From a candidate division WOR-3 bacterium (GTDB lineage Bacteria; Hydrothermota; Tepidihabitantia; SM23-42; JAOAFX01), in contig JBBILZ010000024.1 in NCBI GenBank assembly GCA_037444665.1, positions 1-33,756 of the forward strand: a stretch of 33,756 bases of DNA, in the 5' to 3' direction. Both the position numbers and the translations under genes were made by a program. A model generated the notes under the pieces. It saw nothing but the letters and a program-made list of their open reading frames with translations. It did not search any database and was not told the origin of the DNA. Below are positions 27,654 to 33,756 of this stretch, in pieces. Every line of letters starts with the position of its first letter. Within the stretch, counting starts at the first letter, position 1.

Positions 27654-28967
27654 TTACTTTAAAAGGCTTGATAACCAATCCTGGAATGATTTAAAATCTT
27701 CTTCTTTGGGCTTTGGGGGCTCCTCTTTTTTCTTCTCTTCAGCCGGCGCAACTGGTTTCTCTTCAACTGGTTTTTCCTCACTGGTCTTAGGTTCTACTGG
27801 CTTTGTGTCACCAGACTCTGGGATTGTAGTTTCCTGGATTTTTTCTACAGGCGGTTCAGTACTAACTTCTTTTATTGGTTCTGTTGCAGGCGATACCTCA
27901 GCCTCAATAAGAGGTTCCTTTATTGGTGCTTCTGTAATCGGTTCGGTCTGCATTTCTAATTCTTCACTGCTGACTTTCTCTTCAACTACAGGTTGTGTAA
28001 CTGGTTCCTCCCTCTCTATTGGCTCAGAAATTTTCTCTTCAGATATCTCAGTGGATAGTGGAGGTTGGATTGGCTCTTCAACAACTGGTTCAGGTTTTAT
28101 CTCTTCAACTACTTCAGCAGGTTCTAAAAGCAATTGGTCCATTGAAAGAACTTCTTCAGGTTCTCCGACTTTTTCTGGCTCTTTTGTTTCAATCATCGGC
28201 TCTGGTTTAATTTCCTCGGCTACAGGCGGTTTAACCTCCTGTTCCAGGTCAATTATATGTTCGCCCAGTGCAGAATCTGGTGGTTTGACTGGTTCCACGG
28301 CCGTCGGTGCAACATTAAGTTCTTCGGGTTGGAAATAATTTTCCAGTTTCAATCCTGTTACCTGCATCTCTTCTTCTTTTTTCATTTCCTGCACCACTCC
28401 TGATATTCTATCCCTCAGTTCTTTTATCTTCTGCTTTACGACGAGGTCTGTAGGGTCCATAAATCCGAGCTGCTCATACACCTTCAATGCTTCTTCAAGA
28501 TTACCCTGGTTCTCATATTCCTGAGCAAGTGTAATCGTAAAAACCTGCCCCCTCTTTTGCCCTGCTTCAAGTGTGTTGAGTTTATTCCGCGCCATCTCAT
28601 CTGTGGGGTCAATGGATACTATTCCTTTGTATGCTCTTAACTGGCACGCCTCATCCTTGAGTGTTTCGCAAACCTGTGCCAACATTCTCAGAGCAACAAT
28701 ATTTATCGGGTCTAATTCTATGGTTTTTTCCAGTGCATCTTTTGACTGGGCATACATCCTCTTATCAAAATAGCATTTTCCCAGGATTAAGTATGCAAGA
28801 GGATAATTGGGATGGTATTGTAATCCCTGTTTTAAAACCTCTAATGCCTCATCCACCATATTATTTTTTCTATAAGCATCTGCCAGTTGCACAAAAATCC
28901 TTGACTTTGGCTCTTTGCTATAACGCTCAGCGAGTCGGGCAATTTCAGAAAAATCTTGTTCGGCCAT
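27654..28967 (-). CDS. TPR protein with a long Glu/Pro-rich disordered linker and C-terminal helix (FQDWLSSLLK)
   Basis: N-terminal PKSRIFVQLADAYRK...A...L.QGL..HPNY TPRs; TITLAQEYENQG motif; about 230 aa of E/P/K/V low-complexity sequence; SD GGAGG. Confidence 0.85.
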   Translation of the reverse strand: MAEQDFSEIARLAERYSKEPKSRIFVQLADAYRKNNMVDEALEVLKQGLQYHPNYPLAYLILGKCYFDKRMYAQSKDALEKTIELDPINIVALRMLAQVCETLKDEACQLRAYKGIVSIDPTDEMARNKLNTLEAGQKRGQVFTITLAQEYENQGNLEEALKVYEQLGFMDPTDLVVKQKIKELRDRISGVVQEMKKEEEMQVTGLKLENYFQPEELNVAPTAVEPVKPPDSALGEHIIDLEQEVKPPVAEEIKPEPMIETKEPEKVGEPEEVLSMDQLLLEPAEVVEEIKPEPVVEEPIQPPLSTEISEEKISEPIEREEPVTQPVVEEKVSSEELEMQTEPITEAPIKEPLIEAEVSPATEPIKEVSTEPPVEKIQETTIPESGDTKPVEPKTSEEKPVEEKPVAPAEEKKKEEPPKPKEEDFKSFQDWLSSLLK

Positions 28968-28985
28968 TTATGCCTCCAACAATAT

Positions 28986-29013
28986 AGTTTAACCAAAATA
29001 TAAAGATTGTCAA
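28986..29013 (-). promoter_or_regulatory. Promoter TTGACA-N16-TAAACT for TPR-accB-pilT-accC (short leader with SD)
   Basis: -35 at 29013-29008, -10 at 28991-28986. Confidence 0.75.
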
Positions 29014-29024
29014 GAGTAAATAGC

Positions 29025-29999
29025 TCATTGTTCTATTATTCTAAATGAGTTCATCATTACCTCAAGCCCCATAATATAATCGGTCTTGCGTTCGCCAGGC
29101 AAAAATAGGATTCCATCAATGATATATAACAAACCATTTTTGGTGAGAAAATATGAAAGAAAAGGACCTCCTGCAACTAAGGAATCATTTTGCCACACGC
29201 CCCTTACCCGGAATCCTTTCATATCCTGGAATTCAATCGGCTCAACTGTGGTAAGTTCCTTAAAGACATAATCACCATTATAATATTTTTTTGTAAGTTT
29301 ATTTCTCGTTTCTATCACTAACGAATCATTTAATTTTTGTGGATTTTGTTCTTTGTAAAAAAAGATACTGCGGTCAGGATAATGTGTATGTACAAAAACA
29401 AAATTTTCTTTTTTATATGTGGAATCAATCATCCAACCCACAGGCACATCAATTTCCCAGCCAAATCTGCGCAAATGGCTCTTTATTTTCCTGTCCATCT
29501 CTTTTTCGTAAAAAGATAATTTTGCTTTGCGATAATAAGACTCTTCAAAAATCTTGGTAATCATCTTTTGATATCTGGTAATCCCTTCTAAAATATATTT
29601 GGGTTCTGAAATTGCCAGAATAACCACGGTCTGATTCTTTGCCCAGAGATTCTCCACCTTAAAAAGATTAAAGGTATCTCTTAATGTTGCGGCGCGGGCT
29701 TCGGCATCAAGTAGTTCGTAAATAAAATCGTCCTTTAATGAACCATAGAGAAAGAGCGAATGGAACTGTTTTACATTCTTTAATAGTGTGTCCTGTGCAA
29801 AGATAAAGATAAAACTGGGTTCACGCTGAGGCACATATTGATAAATCTGGAGATTTCTATTAATAAATGAAGTATCTATATTTGACCCGACAATAACAAC
29901 ATCCCTTGCCTTTCCCACACTCTCAGAAAATTTTCTACAACTAAAGAACAAAACCACTAAAATTAAAATAATCCAACCCGAAATCTTAAATATCTTCAC
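29025..29999 (-). CDS. Putative lipoprotein, DUF4837-like
   Basis: Lipobox-like FFSC; PQREP.F, NLWA..Q, RGVW....GGPF.SY, P...K..Y...LE motifs recalled from the DUF4837 family. Confidence 0.7.
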   Translation of the reverse strand: MKIFKISGWIILILVVLFFSCRKFSESVGKARDVVIVGSNIDTSFINRNLQIYQYVPQREPSFIFIFAQDTLLKNVKQFHSLFLYGSLKDDFIYELLDAEARAATLRDTFNLFKVENLWAKNQTVVILAISEPKYILEGITRYQKMITKIFEESYYRKAKLSFYEKEMDRKIKSHLRRFGWEIDVPVGWMIDSTYKKENFVFVHTHYPDRSIFFYKEQNPQKLNDSLVIETRNKLTKKYYNGDYVFKELTTVEPIEFQDMKGFRVRGVWQNDSLVAGGPFLSYFLTKNGLLYIIDGILFLPGERKTDYIMGLEVMMNSFRIIEQ

Positions 30000-30004
30000 T
30001 ATAG

Positions 30005-30032
30005 ATTATACAAATATTGCATAAAAAGTCAA
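30005..30032 (-). promoter_or_regulatory. Promoter TTGACT-N16-TATAAT, 5 nt before GTG (leaderless)
   Basis: -35 at 30032-30027, -10 at 30010-30005, GTG at 29999. Confidence 0.8.
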
Positions 30033-30035
30033 CCT

Positions 30036-31139
30036 TTAAAATTTTGCTAATTTTTTCAATAGTTTAAACCTATCATTTTCACCAATCTTTGCTCTCCTTA
30101 TTGCTTGAATCAAAAAATTTATAGATTGTTCAAAGGTTGCACGGTCCACTGGATATGGAAAGCCATCTTTTCCACCATGGGCAAAAGAATATCTTGCTGG
30201 GTCACGATAAGATGGCTTGACCCCATATATCAATTCACCAATAAGTGCCAGAGCCCTGAGAGTCTTTGGTCCAAGACCTTCAACCTCTAGTAAATTTTCA
30301 AAACTGTGCGGCATAATCTCATAGGTCTTTAAAAGAATTTTATGTAAATATTTGGGATTAATATCATTTATTAATACTGGGTGCCTTTGCGGCAACTGTA
30401 ATATTATTTTTTCTGTTTCTTTTATTATATTTTCTGGATTTTCACAGGAAATTTGTGTTACAATCCTTTGTGATGGTTCACTTTCTGATGCAACCATATT
30501 AAGGCTTGGCTGGATTATATCACAGCAAACTGCAGTATGTGGCTCACAAACAAAAGAATTGAGATTCAGAGAGAGCCAGTGATAACGACGCGCGGTTCTT
30601 CCTTTTATTTGTTGAGGAGTAGAGACTTTAGTCTCGTTAATTAAATCACCCCTCATCCCCTGCTGGACAACTGCCCAGTCAAAATTCTTTGTAAAGATGA
30701 ACATATGGTGATAAAGATTATAACCATCCTGGACACAGGTATTATCAATCTTTGCAGACATCTTTGAAGCATAGATTAAATTTTTCGGGTCCTTACCAAG
30801 TTTTTCACCAATCTTCTCAATCTCCTTTGGTGTCTTCCTTGAAGTTCCGCCTTTGCCCCCGCAGAAATAGAGCCCGAGTTCGTGGGCAATATCCTTTGTT
30901 CCTTCTTTCATTGCTCCACAGACCGTGGTTGTAACACCTGATGAATGCCAGTCAAAGCCCAAGACCGAACCGAATGCCTGAAACCAGAATGGGTCAGCAA
31001 TCCGGCGTAGGAATTCCTCTTGTCCCTTTTCAATGACAATCGCCTCAATGATTGCCCTTGAGAGTCTTGTCATCTTCTCAAAGAGCCATCTTGGCGCCCT
31101 GCCATAATGTAATGGTAAATCAGCAATTCCCGTGCGCAT
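30036..31139 (-). CDS. DUF763 family protein
   Basis: ADLPLHYG.AP.WLF, DPFWFQA, DWHSSG.TT, GGKG, QDGY.LYHH, QQGM, ARRYHW, GLGPKTLRAL.L, SFAHGGKDG.PYPV. Confidence 0.88.
   Translation of the reverse strand: MRTGIADLPLHYGRAPRWLFEKMTRLSRAIIEAIVIEKGQEEFLRRIADPFWFQAFGSVLGFDWHSSGVTTTVCGAMKEGTKDIAHELGLYFCGGKGGTSRKTPKEIEKIGEKLGKDPKNLIYASKMSAKIDNTCVQDGYNLYHHMFIFTKNFDWAVVQQGMRGDLINETKVSTPQQIKGRTARRYHWLSLNLNSFVCEPHTAVCCDIIQPSLNMVASESEPSQRIVTQISCENPENIIKETEKIILQLPQRHPVLINDINPKYLHKILLKTYEIMPHSFENLLEVEGLGPKTLRALALIGELIYGVKPSYRDPARYSFAHGGKDGFPYPVDRATFEQSINFLIQAIRRAKIGENDRFKLLKKLAKF
30619..30635 (+). repeat. GTAG REP-like palindrome inside the DUF763 coding sequence
   Basis: GTA-GAGACT-TT-AGTCTC. Confidence 0.5.
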
Positions 31140-31147
31140 AAAATTAC

Positions 31148-31852
31148 TCAGTTTAAGACTTTTTTTAGCCGCTGGGCGTCTTCAACCATTGTGATATTGT
31201 TAAACATTATATAACCGCTCTTACCTTTTACCTTTTCTGCCAGACCTTTCAATTCTTCATCTGTAAATTGATGGCGATAGTCTTTACCACCATGCAGGCG
31301 ATAATAGAAAATCTTGCCACAGGTGGACTCGCGCAAGAACGGGTCAACAACATCAATCAAATTTAGTTTTTCGCACACCTTTCTGACTTCTTCTGATTTC
31401 CATTTCCCCCTTGATTCCCAACCCAGGATTAAATCATCGCGTTCAATTTTATTAAAAAATTTTTCCATATTTTTTATATTCTCTTTTTCTGGCTTAAAAC
31501 TTGCGGGCGTTTGAAAAATGATTATCTTTGAATGCAGAATGTGTGCATATTCTTTCAGTATTCTGAAACAATCAAAAACATCCTTAGTCGGCTGAAAATT
31601 ACCCAGATTATCAAGTTTCAGATTCTTTATATGGTGTGCCCTTTTATATGTTGGAGAATTAGCCCGATGCGTAATGAACTGGAATGCCTTAATCACAAAT
31701 TCAAAATCACGAGGTGCTTCTCTCCGCCACCTCTGGAGTGTCTTTTCTTCTACATAGTCATAAAAAGTTAATTGGACCTCAACAACCGAAAATAGTTTGT
31801 AATATCTATCACGGGCAACAGAAAATCCACAGCAACCAACCTTGAGCTCCAT
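31148..31852 (-). CDS. DUF72 (UPF0759/YecE-like) family protein
   Basis: VGCCGF, VEVQ.TFY, F.IKA.Q.ITH, FQTP.SF, WE.RG.W, VVDPF, YYRLHG, Y.MFNN..M..DA. Confidence 0.88.
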   Translation of the reverse strand: MELKVGCCGFSVARDRYYKLFSVVEVQLTFYDYVEEKTLQRWRREAPRDFEFVIKAFQFITHRANSPTYKRAHHIKNLKLDNLGNFQPTKDVFDCFRILKEYAHILHSKIIIFQTPASFKPEKENIKNMEKFFNKIERDDLILGWESRGKWKSEEVRKVCEKLNLIDVVDPFLRESTCGKIFYYRLHGGKDYRHQFTDEELKGLAEKVKGKSGYIMFNNITMVEDAQRLKKVLN

Positions 31853-31858
31853 TAATTT

Positions 31859-31886
31859 ATTATAGATAAATTAAAATTAAATTCAA
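31859..31886 (-). promoter_or_regulatory. Promoter TTGAAT-N16-TATAAT, 6 nt before ATG (leaderless)
   Basis: -35 at 31886-31881, -10 at 31864-31859, ATG at 31852. Confidence 0.7.
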
Positions 31887-31913
31887 GTGTTATAATCACT
31901 AAATTTTCTTCTA

Positions 31914-33248
31914 TCAGAAACTGAACTTTACCTGAACAAATGCTTCGTCATTATCTTTTGCCTTGCCAAAGGTTGTAGTATTCTTTCCATCAATCAACCT
32001 TGCACCAAAAGAAATTTCAGTATTGTCAAATGGATAATAGGTGATTTGTGGTGAGTAAATAATTGCATGGTTATCTTTTAAGTTTTTATAGTCGCCTATC
32101 TCCAAACCAAGATTTGCTGGCATTAATTTCAATTTTTCACTAAATAATTTCCATTCCATACCGAACATTAAATAATCTTTTAATGCCTCATTGCCGCGTT
32201 CATTTATAAAGCCATGAACATACTGACAATTTATATAGATACCATTCCTGAATGTATAATCACTACCCAGCACATATTTAAAATAAGGTTTGTCTTCAAG
32301 CACTACAGAATCAATCTGATTCATTCCGATAACTGAAAGGTCAATCAACATATCTATTTGTTCAGGAAAGAATAACCCTGCTTCAGCCCAGATACCAAAC
32401 CCTTTTATTTCACCTGCCAGGTCCGCACCAAAGATCTGTAATTTAGGATAAATCAACCGGGTATAAATATCAAACTTACCCGAATCACCTGCTGGTTGCA
32501 GAACTGTTAGATTTGGCATTGGCAGGTCATCCCTGCCATAGACATAACTCATTGAAAGGTCAAAACCAAAAAAGTTTTTTGATAATTTCAGACCGTATAT
32601 CGGACTCTGTTTCAGGCTAATTTCAGGTAGAATAATTGAATCGTAAATATTATCTATCACAATTCCAGGGGGCATAGAAAATTGAGGAGCCAGTATTTTC
32701 TGCCATTGCCCAGAAGGAAGAGCTGCTGGCGTAAAAACAGGAACAAGAACCCCTTCTATAGTAAATTCCACCGGATAATAAGACAATTTAATACTATTTG
32801 AACCGAGATGCCGACCAAAATTCCATATGTCTTCAAGGTCATCAGGATTCAAATTGTCTGTGGGATTGAACTTATCAGCTGCTCCCCAGGCAATCCTCTG
32901 TCTACCAATCTTTAAATCAAGAGAGTTCATTAATACACCTCTGATATTCACATACGCCTCGCGCAATTCCATTTTTATCGGCGTTATTTTTCCTTTATCT
33001 TCAAGGTCTGATGTAGTATTGATTGCAGAAAAACCGTGTGAGCGTAACCAGATTTCGCTGAAAAAATTCACATTGTCTGAAGGGCTTGCCTGTGCCTGCA
33101 GGGATACCATATAGTCCTGCCAGGATAAATCTAAATCTTCTTTCAGAGATACACGGTCATCGGTCTGAAGATAACCACCAAGTTCAAGACTTTGACCTGG
33201 GACAAATCCAGGAATAATTATTAAAGTCAAAAGAATAATGCTTCTCAT
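31914..33248 (-). CDS. Putative outer-membrane beta-barrel protein (DUF1302-like)
   Basis: Signal peptide; LREAYV, LKIGRQRIAWG.AD.FNPTD.LNP motif; terminal VKFSF beta-signal; SD AAGGAGG. Confidence 0.7.
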   Translation of the reverse strand: MRSIILLTLIIIPGFVPGQSLELGGYLQTDDRVSLKEDLDLSWQDYMVSLQAQASPSDNVNFFSEIWLRSHGFSAINTTSDLEDKGKITPIKMELREAYVNIRGVLMNSLDLKIGRQRIAWGAADKFNPTDNLNPDDLEDIWNFGRHLGSNSIKLSYYPVEFTIEGVLVPVFTPAALPSGQWQKILAPQFSMPPGIVIDNIYDSIILPEISLKQSPIYGLKLSKNFFGFDLSMSYVYGRDDLPMPNLTVLQPAGDSGKFDIYTRLIYPKLQIFGADLAGEIKGFGIWAEAGLFFPEQIDMLIDLSVIGMNQIDSVVLEDKPYFKYVLGSDYTFRNGIYINCQYVHGFINERGNEALKDYLMFGMEWKLFSEKLKLMPANLGLEIGDYKNLKDNHAIIYSPQITYYPFDNTEISFGARLIDGKNTTTFGKAKDNDEAFVQVKFSF

Positions 33249-33258
33249 TTTGCCTCCT

Positions 33259-33756
33259 TTATTTGGTTAAAAACCTTTCGGTAAAGATATCATCAGAAAG
33301 ACCCGAATCAAATTTTACAGAATCAAGGGTGAGCGTGGTGCGGTTATTGGTTCTCAAATCCAGCATCTCTGCTTCACGGGCAATATAATATCCATTTATC
33401 TTTTCGGTCTTTAAATTTGTCATTATCTTTACCATGTTTCCCCTTTTATCAAAATGTTCAATCTTTTTTGGATAAAAATTATCTTTGTCAATATACATTA
33501 CAAGACCACCATATTCAGAGTTATTTTCTTTCTGGGGTGTTAATTTGAGAATGTAGATTGTATCATTAGTATTTAATAGCTGTGCCGACCATTGAGCCGA
33601 ATATCGTTTTAGTTCCATATCTTCATAAGTAAAATCAGTGCCAGCAAATTTATTATTCTTCACATGGGAAGCAATCCGCCTGACCTTTTTGTATGCCGGT
33701 AAATAGACATAGATTATGTCTCCAGGCAAAGACAAGAAACCAATACCGCGTTGGTC
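33259..33756 (-). CDS. LolA-like outer-membrane lipoprotein-sorting protein (5' end outside the window)
   Basis: The frame is open to the window end; YLPA.KKVRRI, F.GTDFTYED.., K.E.FD..G...K, L.D.IFT.R.L. Confidence 0.8.
   Translation of the reverse strand, partial: DQRGIGFLSLPGDIIYVYLPAYKKVRRIASHVKNNKFAGTDFTYEDMELKRYSAQWSAQLLNTNDTIYILKLTPQKENNSEYGGLVMYIDKDNFYPKKIEHFDKRGNMVKIMTNLKTEKINGYYIAREAEMLDLRTNNRTTLTLDSVKFDSGLSDDIFTERFLTK

Noticed and set aside
27397..28338. 313-aa plus-strand Ser/Gly/Thr-rich ORF
   Set aside because: It is the antisense shadow of the Glu/Pro-rich linker and accB; the biased codons there simply lack antisense stop codons.

Overview
AT-rich bacterial chromosome segment, mostly housekeeping genes on the minus strand: SLT lytic transglycosylase, uvrA, rarA, cdsA, uppS, PurS-fused purL, ctpA, tmk, ino1, comEC, a roadblock/LC7 gene, efp, cysS, a HEAT-repeat lipoprotein, accC, a PilT/PilU ATPase, accB, a TPR protein, DUF4837-like, DUF763, DUF72, a DUF1302-like protein and a LolA-like protein. 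The plus strand carries a partial TPR gene and a triple-GAF diguanylate cyclase followed by a gingipain-like C25 peptidase with a T9SS/FlgD-type C-terminal domain. The gene content suggests an FCB-related candidate lineage such as WOR-3 (inference only). I found no rRNA, tRNA, CRISPR array, transposase or prophage. Main signals: (1) nine sigma70-like promoters that all have a 16-bp spacer, seven of them placed to give leaderless mRNAs; (2) a probable AUU start codon for comEC; (3) a split efp/roadblock/comEC and TPR/accB/pilT/accC neighbourhood resembling the myxobacterial mglC locus; (4) an EF-P with Asn at the normally modified loop tip; (5) 7-mer and 8-mer repeats and GTAG REP-like palindromes inserted in frame in coding sequences; (6) an orphan transmembrane reading frame overlapping the end of ctpA.
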